Part shown: in pieces, positions 44,756 through 53,527 of the stretch
Layout of the letters: the number at the start of each line of letters is the position of its first letter
Position numbering within the stretch: position 1 is the stretch's first letter
Source of the DNA: Streptomyces virus LukeCage
Taxonomy: Duplodnaviria > Heunggongvirae > Uroviricota > Caudoviricetes
Strand: one strand, 5' to 3'
Length of the DNA: 64,000 nucleotides
IMG/VR virus record: IMGVR_UViG_2974629454_000001
Coordinates: 59,119-123,118 of that record
Made by a program: the position numbers and the translations under genes
Notes under the pieces: model-generated
The model's database searches: none
Told to the model about the DNA's origin: nothing
Seen by the model: only the letters and a program-made list of their open reading frames with translations

Positions 44756-45035
44756 CGAGGAATGGCGTAAAGATCCTCGTCGTAGGTCACTGGCCGAGCA
44801 CCTTTGCAAGAAGCGTGCTCGGCTGTACCTTATGATGATCGAAGATCTTGAGCGCGCACAAAGAAGTCTCCGAATGATTCAGGAGACTAAAGAAGAGATT
44901 CCGAATGCCGCCAACGGATATCGAGCAATGAATTTCGCTTTCGATATCGAAGAGGCCCGGCGCAAGTACAATCACTACAACAACCCCACAGAAACCCTAA
45001 TAGGCAACATGGCTGCCTTCGGAGAGGGAGCATAA
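44745..45035 (+). CDS. hypothetical protein
   Basis: ORF track. Confidence 0.45.
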   Translation: MRANEEWRKDPRRRSLAEHLCKKRARLYLMMIEDLERAQRSLRMIQETKEEIPNAANGYRAMNFAFDIEEARRKYNHYNNPTETLIGNMAAFGEGA

Positions 45036-45093
45036 TGAACGAGTTTATTGCTAAGCACCCTGTTGCATTCGCTGTCACATTCTTTGTGATCGG

Positions 45094-45300
45094 ATGGATT
45101 ATCGGGTGAATGAAGCAAGAAGGAAGGCACAAGCAGCAGTTGGCAAGGGCAAGTGTGTAAGTCTTGCTGGTCTTCCAATAGGATGCGGAGCGTCAGTCTC
45201 AGAAAATGATTTCCGAGACGAACTCTCCAAGAGGGAGTATAAGATCTCTGGTCTCTGCCAGTCTTGTCAAGACAGATTTGAGGCGATGCTTGATGAGTGA
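45094..45300 (+). CDS. hypothetical Cys-containing protein
   Basis: ORF track. Confidence 0.4.
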   Translation: MDYRVNEARRKAQAAVGKGKCVSLAGLPIGCGASVSENDFRDELSKREYKISGLCQSCQDRFEAMLDE

Positions 45301-45391
45301 AAAGAACTTCGTCTGCATGGATTGCGGAACTCCGTTTCCAAATCATCAGCCCACGTGCCCTTGGCACCCTAACAACCTAGGCAAGAAGTGA
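45206..45391 (+). CDS. small Zn-ribbon protein (likely starts at ATG 45294)
   Basis: CMDCG...CPWH. Confidence 0.35.
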   Translation: MISETNSPRGSIRSLVSASLVKTDLRRCLMSEKNFVCMDCGTPFPNHQPTCPWHPNNLGKK

Positions 45392-45503
45392 TCGCACTGA
45401 CAGCAGGTCTCGTTATCGGGACCTGCGTCTTTGTTTACGGACTCATAGATGGGTTGACAGACAGAGGCAGGCGCGATAGTCTGGTTACAGATCGAACGAA
45501 GGA

Positions 45504-46400
45504 GTGAAGATGCAGCTTCTCATCCTCCGGGGAATTCCCGGTTGTGGTAAGAGCACTTGGGCGCATGATGTGTGGCTCAAGGAAAACCCGAATGGTGTTC
45601 GAGTCAATCGTGATGACATTCGTATGCAGCTCTTTGGCCGGGAGACCGGAGTAGACGAGGAGCTTGTTACTCGAATTGAGCACGGAATGGTGGATGGGGC
45701 TCTGTCAAAGGGCTACTCTGTCGTTGTCGATGACACGAACATTCGACACAAGTACATCAAGGAATTCGTCAAGATCGGTCAGCGCCATGGTGCTAGTGTT
45801 TCAGTTAAGCAGTTTGACGTTTCACTTGAGACGGCAATTCAGCGAAACACTGTTCGTGCTGCACTCGGTGGTCGAGACGTTCCTGAGTCTGTCATTCGCA
45901 AGATGCACCAGTCCATGAAGTCTAGTGGAGTTTTCACTGACTTCCACACAAGCGTTACGGCTGTTCGTCCTTACGATCGTCCCGAAGGTGCAGAGAAGGT
46001 TTACCTCTTTGACATTGATGGCACGCTTGCTGAGATGAACACTCGTGATCCTTTCTACTGGAAGGGTGTTGGCGAGGACGATCCGCGACGACAGGTGATC
46101 ATCACTGCTCAGGCTCATGCTAAGGCAGGATACAAGATCATCGTTATGAGCGGTCGAGATGGCTCATGCCGCAATGAAACAATCGCTTGGCTGGAACTCT
46201 ACGACATTCCTTTCTCAGAATTGCACATGCGTGCTGAGGGGGACATGCGTAAGGACTCTGTCGTCAAGCAAGAGCTGTTCGATGAGCACATTCGTGACAT
46301 CTATGATGTTGTGGCTGTGTACGATGATCGTCAGCAGGTTGTTGACATGTGGCGTGCGATGGGCATAGACTGTTTCCAGGTAGCACCCGGAAACTTCTGA
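45504..46400 (+). CDS. polynucleotide 5'-kinase/3'-phosphatase (T4 Pnk-like)
   Basis: N-terminal P-loop GIPGCGKST; C-terminal HAD motifs VYLFDIDGTLAE, IIVMSGRD and AVYDDRQQ. Confidence 0.8.
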   Translation: MKMQLLILRGIPGCGKSTWAHDVWLKENPNGVRVNRDDIRMQLFGRETGVDEELVTRIEHGMVDGALSKGYSVVVDDTNIRHKYIKEFVKIGQRHGASVSVKQFDVSLETAIQRNTVRAALGGRDVPESVIRKMHQSMKSSGVFTDFHTSVTAVRPYDRPEGAEKVYLFDIDGTLAEMNTRDPFYWKGVGEDDPRRQVIITAQAHAKAGYKIIVMSGRDGSCRNETIAWLELYDIPFSELHMRAEGDMRKDSVVKQELFDEHIRDIYDVVAVYDDRQQVVDMWRAMGIDCFQVAPGNF

Positions 46401-46432
46401 CAAAAGGGAGCTTCGGCTCCCTTTTGTTGTTT
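46401..46432 (+). terminator. rho-independent terminator
   Basis: aaagggagc ttcg gctcccttt tgttgttt. Confidence 0.65.
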
Positions 46433-46441
46433 GGAGAATAA

Positions 46442-46630
46442 ATGGAAATTGTAGGAATAATTGCAGTCACCCTGATATTCGGATACCTTGCTCTCATTGG
46501 TATTGCAATCAATTTCATTCCTGCCGAAATGAATGCGTATCAAAGATTGATTGCTCTGGCATGGTCTGCTGCATGGGTGTGGCTCTGGTGGATAGTTGTA
46601 GGATCTGACATACATGTGACGGTGAACTGA
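46442..46630 (+). CDS. small membrane protein
   Basis: Two hydrophobic helices. Confidence 0.45.
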   Translation: MEIVGIIAVTLIFGYLALIGIAINFIPAEMNAYQRLIALAWSAAWVWLWWIVVGSDIHVTVN

Positions 46631-46836
46631 TGTTGCCAAACCCCGAGAAGTACACTAACATCTATACATACCAGACCAGAGAATGGGTAGTCCTTGGGAC
46701 GGATGGGTATCGTCCTGAAACTATTAAGTCTGGCTTCAAGAGCCAAGAGCTTGCAGAAGCCTGGATGAGAGTGTATCTTGAGAACTACGTCAAGCAGAAT
46801 ATGTTGCGCGGCGACGAAGAGTACGAACTGTCTTGA
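46630..46836 (+). CDS. hypothetical protein
   Basis: ORF track. Confidence 0.45.
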   Translation: MLPNPEKYTNIYTYQTREWVVLGTDGYRPETIKSGFKSQELAEAWMRVYLENYVKQNMLRGDEEYELS

Positions 46837-46861
46837 CAGCAACACTCCAGCACGATAGAGT
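46833..46861 (+). promoter_or_regulatory. sigma70-like promoter TTGACA-N17-TAGAGT(AGTA)
   Basis: Same family as the promoters at 32500, 33242 and 35742. Confidence 0.55.
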
Positions 46862-46890
46862 AGTATCAACAACAACGACGAAGGGTCGAA

Positions 46891-47322
46891 ATGAAGACTA
46901 AGCTTATCCCGTCCGTTATCGCTGGTGCGGTTGTCAGTGCAGTTGTGCTGACAGGCTGCAAGGAAGCGAGCAACGAATTTAAGCAGGACTGCAAGCAGCG
47001 CGGCGGCAAGGTTGTTCGTGAGGACGACTTCGAGGGCGAATACCTCGGTATGGCTCCGATGGCTTTTGGTCTGCCGAAGCCTCCTGCTCCCGTCAAGCCT
47101 GCTGCTCCAAAGGTTCCGAAGGCACCGAAGGTTGACAAGCTTCCCAAGAATGATGCTCCGAAGCCTGCAAAGCCGAAGACTTCTAAGCCTGACACTGTAA
47201 ACGGAAACGATCTGGCCTTTGGTGACACTACAAAGCCGAAGAAGGCCAAGAAGCCGAAGAAGGACGACAACGACTTCCTTTGCGTGAAGAATGGCGAAGT
47301 GCTGTTCGAAGAAGACGAGTAA
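46891..47322 (+). CDS. lipoprotein with Pro/Lys-rich PKxP repeats
   Basis: Lipobox LTGC; repeats PKPPAPVKPAAPKVPKAPK; the antisense 262-aa ORF is judged spurious. Confidence 0.6.
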   Translation: MKTKLIPSVIAGAVVSAVVLTGCKEASNEFKQDCKQRGGKVVREDDFEGEYLGMAPMAFGLPKPPAPVKPAAPKVPKAPKVDKLPKNDAPKPAKPKTSKPDTVNGNDLAFGDTTKPKKAKKPKKDDNDFLCVKNGEVLFEEDE

Positions 47323-47348
47323 GATCAACTACTAACGAAAGCTGATCA

Positions 47349-47747
47349 ATGGGACTAATGGATTTCCTCACCGGAGTTGGTAATCCCCTAAGTGCGACTT
47401 CACGCGCTGGGCGAAAGCTAGAAAATGAAGCGCTCCGGTGGGCGTGTAATCGATGCAAGCTGCACACTCCATATTATGTCCGAGCTGAGATTGCTGATCG
47501 GCATAAGGCTACTTATGCTGGCACTAATCCTGACGGATATGTCTACATGGAGTATGTATTCACCAAGAAGAGTCTGGTTCATAAGATTCCGATGACTGAT
47601 TACGGAACCCGTGCGAATCAGATCTATTACTACTACAATGGTGAAATTACTGACAAGCGGCCGAAGAACTATCTGACAAAGAAGCAGCTTCGGGACCTTG
47701 AGGCTCGCATCATGAAGGAGTGTCAGGAAGGTTTCACCTTCGACTGA
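47349..47747 (+). CDS. hypothetical protein
   Basis: ORF track. Confidence 0.5.
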   Translation: MGLMDFLTGVGNPLSATSRAGRKLENEALRWACNRCKLHTPYYVRAEIADRHKATYAGTNPDGYVYMEYVFTKKSLVHKIPMTDYGTRANQIYYYYNGEITDKRPKNYLTKKQLRDLEARIMKECQEGFTFD

Positions 47748-47908
47748 TGGCAAAGTACACAGAGGGCGATAAGGTTGAATTCATCCGAGGTCGCCTGGAT
47801 GGTAAAAAGGGTAAGGTCAAGTTCGTCACCGCTCACGGCAAGTTGCTTGTTGACTTGAATGAGGGTGGGGATGTATACTGTAACCCAGAAGATGTTAAGC
47901 CTGCGTAA
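47747..47908 (+). CDS. small KOW-domain protein
   Basis: EGDKVEFIRGRLDGKKGKVKFV is a KOW motif; a hairpin follows. Confidence 0.45.
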   Translation: MAKYTEGDKVEFIRGRLDGKKGKVKFVTAHGKLLVDLNEGGDVYCNPEDVKPA

Positions 47909-47917
47909 GCAGGCCCC

Positions 47918-47999
47918 GCGCCCATGGTGGAATGGCAGACACACTAGGCTGAGACCCTAGGCTCGAATGAGCGTCCGAGTTCGATTCTCGGTGGGCGTA
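47918..47999 (+). tRNA. tRNA-Leu(GAG), class II
   Basis: Acceptor gcgccca/tgggcgt; anticodon arm ctagg-ctgagac-cctag; variable-arm hairpin gctc-gaat-gagc; T arm ccgagttcgattctcgg. Confidence 0.7.
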
Positions 48000-48000
48000 C

Positions 48001-48204
48001 ATGGCAAGATACAGAGTGGGTCAGCAAATTGTTGTAACACAATTTGTTCAAAAGGGCGTTGAGTATGCTGGACGCCGGGGCTTTGTTGAGATTGTAGAGA
48101 GCCGAGGACGCTATACGGTTCTTCTTTATGAAACAGAGTACAATGGGATTAAGGTCCCTGAATGCACTATCGATGTCAGGGAAAACAATATCCGAAAAGC
48201 TTAA
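48001..48204 (+). CDS. small KOW-like protein
   Basis: ORF track. Confidence 0.45.
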   Translation: MARYRVGQQIVVTQFVQKGVEYAGRRGFVEIVESRGRYTVLLYETEYNGIKVPECTIDVRENNIRKA

Positions 48205-48339
48205 GGAAGTAAAATGAGCTGGTGGGCAATCGTTCTCATTACGCTTGGCTGCGTGGCATCAGTCGGCATTGGTTTGTTTGTATACGCAATGATCCGGATC
48301 ACTAAGTCTCCCGGCAACTGGGGACTCTGAAAGGATAAA

Positions 48340-48561
48340 ATGAACACCGATTTCAAGAAGTTCGTAGAGGCTGGGAAGATCCTCGGCACGATGGTTCTTG
48401 ATGTTGCTGAACTTGTTCTTCTTGCTCGTAAGGCTGACATTGCACAGCGCAAGGCGGCTGAGGCGTACATGAGCGCTTACGAGGAGCAAAAGGGTAAGGT
48501 CAAGAACAAGGAGGACTGGACCGTCTTCTACAATGGCGTGAAGAAGCGTCTGACGGTTTGA
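48340..48561 (+). CDS. hypothetical protein
   Basis: ORF track. Confidence 0.45.
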   Translation: MNTDFKKFVEAGKILGTMVLDVAELVLLARKADIAQRKAAEAYMSAYEEQKGKVKNKEDWTVFYNGVKKRLTV

Positions 48562-48587
48562 ACAATGGGAGTGGCAACACTCCACCA

Positions 48588-48658
48588 ACCCGCTTAGTTC
48601 AATGGTAGAGCGCCTGCTCGACACGCAGGGGACGGGAGTTCGATTCTCCCAGTGGGTA
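48588..48658 (+). tRNA. tRNA-Val(GAC)
   Basis: Acceptor acccgct/agtgggt; anticodon arm cctgc-tcgacac-gcagg; T arm gggagttcgattctccc. Confidence 0.65.
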
Positions 48659-48680
48659 CTCCATCGACCGAAGGGTTTCA

Positions 48681-49118
48681 ATGAATCTCATTCGAGCCGA
48701 GCGCCTTGCGCGCGACCTTATGTGGGAATTCGACCTCTTCACTAGAGGTTGGGATTTTGGTTGGAATCGTATGGTGAAGACATACGGAACGACTTACCAC
48801 GTCCAGAAGATGATTAAGCTGTCAAAGACCTGCACTCCGAATCTTACGGAAGATCAGGTTGACAACGTAATCCGACATGAAATTGCACACGCTCTGGTTG
48901 GGCCGGGGCATGGTCACAATGCAATTTGGCGGGCAAAGGCAATCGAGATTGGTTGCACGGGAAATACCTGTGAAAACTACACTCCTGCTACGCCAAAGTG
49001 GAAGGCTGTTTGTCCTAATGGGCATACTGCTGGAACACGTTACCGACGACCGGCGCGAGGTAGAATCCTTGTTTGTGCCGTTCATCGCAAGCAAGTTGAT
49101 TGGGTAGCTAATGGATAA
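48681..49118 (+). CDS. SprT-like Zn metalloprotease with a C-terminal Zn ribbon
   Basis: HEIAHAL matches HExxH; CPNGH...CAVH. Confidence 0.65.
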   Translation: MNLIRAERLARDLMWEFDLFTRGWDFGWNRMVKTYGTTYHVQKMIKLSKTCTPNLTEDQVDNVIRHEIAHALVGPGHGHNAIWRAKAIEIGCTGNTCENYTPATPKWKAVCPNGHTAGTRYRRPARGRILVCAVHRKQVDWVANG

Positions 49119-49311
49119 GAACGAAGTAAAGGTCGCTCTCATTGTTGCGTCAGTGTTCATTGCACTGTTTGCAACAATCGGAATCGCTGTCAACTACAAT
49201 GATTACCTAAAGAATCAGACCATTCAGAAGTGTATTGCTTCTGACAAGGTCTGGGGCGAAGGCTCCTGTGTTGACAACGTAGAAGATCTCAAGTATATTG
49301 ATAATGACTGA
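49111..49311 (+). CDS. small membrane protein
   Basis: N-terminal transmembrane helix. Confidence 0.45.
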   Translation: MDKNEVKVALIVASVFIALFATIGIAVNYNDYLKNQTIQKCIASDKVWGEGSCVDNVEDLKYIDND

Positions 49312-49579
49312 ACACGACAACGTTAGGAACAGCATGCATTCCTCTGAACACCCTCTTGCTCGCACGACTGTGACTGTTAAGTCTGGTCCTTATGCTGGCA
49401 AGCAGTACGAGATTGAAGACTGGTTTGACCGTGTCGTGGGTACCTCATGGAAGAATCTTGTTTTCCGTGGACATGGCGCTGCGATGCAATACGAGATGTC
49501 AGGACAGACTAAGGATGATGAAGTTCTCTATGGAAAGATTGGTGGCTTCGGCTACGCAATCAACGTAGAGCACATCTGA
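49298..49579 (+). CDS. hypothetical protein
   Basis: ORF track; a ggccgaaaggcc hairpin follows. Confidence 0.45.
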   Translation: MIMTEHDNVRNSMHSSEHPLARTTVTVKSGPYAGKQYEIEDWFDRVVGTSWKNLVFRGHGAAMQYEMSGQTKDDEVLYGKIGGFGYAINVEHI

Positions 49580-49599
49580 TAAAAGGCCGAAAGGCCGAT

Positions 49600-49673
49600 G
49601 GCCCTGTAGCAGAATGGTATATGCGGCGGTCTCAAAAACCGCGTCAATGTGGGTTCGAGTCCCATCAGGGCTA
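49600..49673 (+). tRNA. class I tRNA with anticodon CAA (leucine codon UUG), short variable loop
   Basis: Acceptor ggccctg/cagggct (G1-U72, A73); perfect anticodon arm gcggt-ctcaaaa-accgc; T arm gtgggttcgagtcccat. Confidence 0.55.
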
Positions 49674-49674
49674 C

Positions 49675-49902
49675 ATGGCATATACAATAGGTAAGGCACC
49701 GAAGGGTTACGAATGGACACTTGAATCTGCTGACGGAGATCCAATGTTCATGAATCGTAAAGGCAAGACTTGGGGAATTCTTGTAACCAAGGATGGCAAG
49801 TTTGTAGAACGTCGAGGGGTATTTGTTCCAGCCGATCGAGAAAAGGAAACGCAATCCTTTATCACCGCAATGGAAGAAAGCCTTCGTCAGTCTCTTAAGT
49901 GA
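49675..49902 (+). CDS. hypothetical protein
   Basis: Trimmed to the ATG after the tRNA; a terminator hairpin gtctc-ttaagt-gagac follows. Confidence 0.45.
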   Translation: MAYTIGKAPKGYEWTLESADGDPMFMNRKGKTWGILVTKDGKFVERRGVFVPADREKETQSFITAMEESLRQSLK

Positions 49903-49908
49903 GACATT

Positions 49909-49999
49909 GGAAGTGTGGCTGAGTCCGGTTTAAGGCGCATCACTGCTAATGATGTGAGTGAATCAAGTAGCTCCGCAGGTTCGAATCCTGTCACTTCCG
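49909..49999 (+). tRNA. tRNA-Ser(GCU), class II
   Basis: ggaagtgtggctgag... resembles E. coli Ser; anticodon arm catca-ctgctaa-tgatg; T arm gcaggttcgaatcctgt. Confidence 0.75.
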
Positions 50000-50017
50000 C
50001 AATGATATAATCTTCAC

Positions 50018-50311
50018 ATGGAGATTAATCGTCATAGAAAAGAGGGGAGCTTTGTTAGGCGTCATAGTCTTTCACTAGCTCTCCTCTTTGTTTTTGTTTT
50101 GCAGTCTGTCATCGTATGGTTCTCAGGATATGAAGACTGGGCCGGTGATCAGATGGCCCACAAGCAACCTGTTGACATCTGGCCTGGTTACCTGATACAT
50201 TGGGTCTATGAAATGGCAGTCAGCCTGGTAGCTGACACATACGGCGCACTCGTGTTGGTCCTCTTTGCTAAATGGTTTTATGAACAGGGTAGCCCAGAGA
50301 GCGAGGATTAA
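50018..50311 (+). CDS. membrane protein
   Basis: Three hydrophobic helices. Confidence 0.5.
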   Translation: MEINRHRKEGSFVRRHSLSLALLFVFVLQSVIVWFSGYEDWAGDQMAHKQPVDIWPGYLIHWVYEMAVSLVADTYGALVLVLFAKWFYEQGSPESED

Positions 50312-50425
50312 TGTTTTATTTGAACTGTAGTCGCTGTGGTCCCCACTATAGCGACGATGACTACATGGAAAACGGAGTGTGCGCCCCGTGTATCCTTGTA
50401 GAGATTACTGAGGAGTTGGGACTAT

Positions 50426-50632
50426 ATGAGAAAGACGAAGTGGATTAAGCCTGGCAATCGTGTGATGGACCGGGCTTATATGTATGACAAGAGTGGCAAT
50501 GTCCACACTGGTGAAGCTCTACTGCTAGCGCTACTCCTGCATGCCAAGGGAAGAACTAAGCGCGGCGAGAAAGAGCTTCTAGAAGTAAGCAAGATTATGA
50601 AGGACCCGAATCTACCAAAGGATAAGAAGTGA
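50426..50632 (+). CDS. hypothetical protein
   Basis: ORF track. Confidence 0.45.
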   Translation: MRKTKWIKPGNRVMDRAYMYDKSGNVHTGEALLLALLLHAKGRTKRGEKELLEVSKIMKDPNLPKDKK

Positions 50633-51012
50633 TTCAGAGCAAGCTTCCTGAACTTGTTACTCGCTACGAGTGGCACTACATTGACATGGAAGAGTTTATT
50701 CAGGAACTTTGGGGTCAAAAGTGGGAAGGCGGTGCTGCAATGGGTTTTCCTGCGCAGGATACCTACCACGACTTTGAGGTAACCGGTGGCTATATCGGCG
50801 AAGGAATTGACTCAGAGGGCAACACTCTCACCACCCGATGGATGGATGAAGAGTACACCTATGATCAGGCCAAGGAGCTGATCGAGAAGTTCAAGGTTGA
50901 CGGCATGCCCCGCGAGGAGTATGCTAATCCTGGAGCTGAACTTCTGCTCAACTGGCTGGCATTCGAAGGCCACATTCCCACTGGAAACTACCGTATTATC
51001 GTTTGGTGGTGA
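50629..51012 (+). CDS. hypothetical protein
   Basis: ORF track. Confidence 0.5.
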   Translation: MIQSKLPELVTRYEWHYIDMEEFIQELWGQKWEGGAAMGFPAQDTYHDFEVTGGYIGEGIDSEGNTLTTRWMDEEYTYDQAKELIEKFKVDGMPREEYANPGAELLLNWLAFEGHIPTGNYRIIVWW

Positions 51013-51278
51013 CAATGTTTCATCCGAAGCGTGAAGTGTATTACACCATTGAGGCGTTCGATCTGAATGAGCTTGTTGAGGGCGAGTTTGGATTTGCTTG
51101 GGATTTCGTTGCTGCGGAAGAGTGCAGTAATGATAGCGCTCATGTCATTCATCCTGATCTTAATGGTCTCGAAGAGGATGATGAGATTCAGTATGTTCCC
51201 GCTCGAACCATCATTGGTGAACTTGTGAAGCGAGAGATTCTTCCTTCTGGTAAGTATCTCGTGGAGGTGTGCTGGTAA
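51003..51278 (+). CDS. hypothetical acidic protein
   Basis: ORF track. Confidence 0.5.
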   Translation: MVVTMFHPKREVYYTIEAFDLNELVEGEFGFAWDFVAAEECSNDSAHVIHPDLNGLEEDDEIQYVPARTIIGELVKREILPSGKYLVEVCW

Positions 51279-51511
51279 TGGGTTGGGGATCAGGAACAAG
51301 TTACTTTGACGTGCCTCTAGATCTCATGCTAGAGTATGTCCCAGAAGACAAGCGCAAGGAAGTGGTTGAGGCTCTTTACAATCACGTGCGTGACGGAGAC
51401 TGGGATACAGTTGACGAGTCCGCATACTGGGATTTGCTTGTCGAATATGACATTGACGGCTACGGAAAGTACGCGGATGAACTTCACGACGAAGCAGAAG
51501 AACCTTGGTAA
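51269..51511 (+). CDS. hypothetical acidic protein
   Basis: ORF track. Confidence 0.5.
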   Translation: MLVMGWGSGTSYFDVPLDLMLEYVPEDKRKEVVEALYNHVRDGDWDTVDESAYWDLLVEYDIDGYGKYADELHDEAEEPW

Positions 51512-51884
51512 GTGTAGGTGTGGCCGTAACAAGCTAACGGGAAACCTTCGCACCTATAATGGATATGACAAGAATCTCTGTCCGCAGTGCAATGCTGAAA
51601 GAATCATTTATGAAATCACGGGTCGCACTGCTGCTGACCATCTTGATAGCAATCGGAGCGCTGGGGAATCTGGCGTTGATGATGGCGCTGAATGAGGCAG
51701 AGCAGCAATTCGTAAAGGAAATAAATGAGATACAGTGATATGCGCGAAGATATGCCAATCAAGCATAGCGAGACTGGCAGGACGGCAGTAATTGCTAAGA
51801 TCAAGAACGGTAAGTTCCAGATCGTAGACAGCAAGGGTCACCCTGAAACACTTGACAGGTATTACGCTGGTGAGTGGGAGCGCA

Positions 51885-52253
51885 ATGGCTAACGGAGAAT
51901 CGACCGGTCTTTCTAAGAAGGACCGGTCATTCCTGTCTCTCGCAATGGAGTTGTCTGCCAACTCTAACATGAAGCAGAAGCATGGAGCTGTTATTGTTAG
52001 GTCTGGCAGGGTTCTGGCGCGAGGCTGGAACACGTTGAAGAACGATCCTAGTAATGTCAGTGATGAGCACATTGAGCGTTTCTGCTCTGTGCATGCCGAA
52101 GCAATGGCCATTGCCCGGTGCAAGAAGGCCGCTGGAGCAATTATTTATATCGCACGCAATAAGGACGGCCAGCCGGTTTTCTCAAAGCCCTGTGACGCTT
52201 GTGACAAGGCGATCAGGTTTGCTGGGATCAAGCGTGTTGTGTACACATGTTGA
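51885..52253 (+). CDS. CMP/dCMP-type zinc deaminase
   Basis: HAEAMAI (H.E) and PCDACDKAI (PCxxC) are the Zn-binding motifs. Confidence 0.75.
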   Translation: MANGESTGLSKKDRSFLSLAMELSANSNMKQKHGAVIVRSGRVLARGWNTLKNDPSNVSDEHIERFCSVHAEAMAIARCKKAAGAIIYIARNKDGQPVFSKPCDACDKAIRFAGIKRVVYTC

Positions 52254-52307
52254 CGAAGTGATCAGCACTGTGTTAATGTTGTACTAACAACGAACGAAAG
52301 GAACGAC

Positions 52308-53078
52308 ATGGCAAAGATCATGATCGCTGGTGACTGGCATGGTGATACAGTTCATGCCCGTAAGACTGTCCGACGTGCGGATGCCATGGGTGTTCGTAAG
52401 ATCATGCAGGTTGGTGACTTCGGTTACTGGGAGCATGACGAGGACGGTGTCACGTACCTTGATGCTCTGAATGAGGAGTGTCGGAAGTACGGAATCAAGG
52501 TTTATTTCGTTGCTGGTAACCATGAGAATTGGGATCGACTCGACTGGCTTGAGAAGAACAATCCCAAGACTTACAATGGTCTGACAATCATCCGAAGCCA
52601 TATCCGCTACACTGGACGAGTGAACCGGTGGCGTTTCGATGATCGTTGGTTCCAGGCTGTAGGCGGCGCGGTGTCAATTGACAAGAATCGTCGTAAGCTG
52701 GGTAAGACTTGGTGGGCTCAGGAGGCTGTTCCGGAGAGAGTTGTTAAGAATCTTGAGATTCATGGCAACCAGTCCGACATTCTTCTTACTCATGACTGTC
52801 CGACTCATGCACCATTTGGTTTCCGGTTGAAGGATGATCCTGATTCAACGGCTCATCGTCAGCTCATGGACAGGGTTGGTCGAGTTGTTCGGCCTACATT
52901 GTGGTTTCACGGTCACTATCACACATGGATGGAGAATTATCCATTCGCTCATCAGCTTGGTGAGGCCAGCGTTTATGGCCTTGAGATGAACGGGATGTTC
53001 TACAACTACTGTGTTCTTGACACGGATAACCTGTCTGTCCAGACTGCCACCGGAAAGGTCAACCATCTGCTTGCTTGA
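52308..53078 (+). CDS. calcineurin-like metallophosphoesterase
   Basis: GDWHGD, GDFGYW and GNHEN motifs. Confidence 0.8.
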   Translation: MAKIMIAGDWHGDTVHARKTVRRADAMGVRKIMQVGDFGYWEHDEDGVTYLDALNEECRKYGIKVYFVAGNHENWDRLDWLEKNNPKTYNGLTIIRSHIRYTGRVNRWRFDDRWFQAVGGAVSIDKNRRKLGKTWWAQEAVPERVVKNLEIHGNQSDILLTHDCPTHAPFGFRLKDDPDSTAHRQLMDRVGRVVRPTLWFHGHYHTWMENYPFAHQLGEASVYGLEMNGMFYNYCVLDTDNLSVQTATGKVNHLLA

Positions 53079-53164
53079 TCCGCCTTATAAACAAGTCTGT
53101 GCTATTCTTTTAGAGAATTCTTCAAGAATGCGCAGACTTGAAGACAAGGAGGTGAAAGTAAAAG

Positions 53165-53512
53165 ATGGCAGATAACAAGGATTACCAGTACAAGTCTTCA
53201 CAGGACGTAGTTGCTCCACATCTTGACCCGCTAGCGGGCGAGGATGCAAAGCGTGCTGAGGAAGCCGGTGTAAAGGACTCCGCATACGTTGACTACGAAG
53301 AGGCTCTAAAGAACTACGAATCCCGTCCAGACGTTGAAACCCTAGCGGCTCGACGTGCTCGTGAGGGTGGTTGGAAGTTTGAAGATGCTGCATTCCGTCG
53401 TTCCGCAAAGGACGACGAACTAACCGGTGGTGGCGTTGTAACTTCTGATGATGCAACTTCTAAGGAAGCAGAGCAGAAGTCAGCTACTACCGCTCGTAAG
53501 TCAAGCAAGTAA
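53165..53512 (+). CDS. hypothetical acidic protein
   Basis: ORF track. Confidence 0.5.
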   Translation: MADNKDYQYKSSQDVVAPHLDPLAGEDAKRAEEAGVKDSAYVDYEEALKNYESRPDVETLAARRAREGGWKFEDAAFRRSAKDDELTGGGVVTSDDATSKEAEQKSATTARKSSK

Positions 53513-53527
53513 TCAGACTTTGTAGTA

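Noticed and set aside
46540-47328. 262-aa ORF on the - strand
   Set aside because: It is antisense to the Pro/Lys-rich lipoprotein gene and its translation is low-complexity Leu/Arg repeats. Every neighbouring gene is on the + strand.
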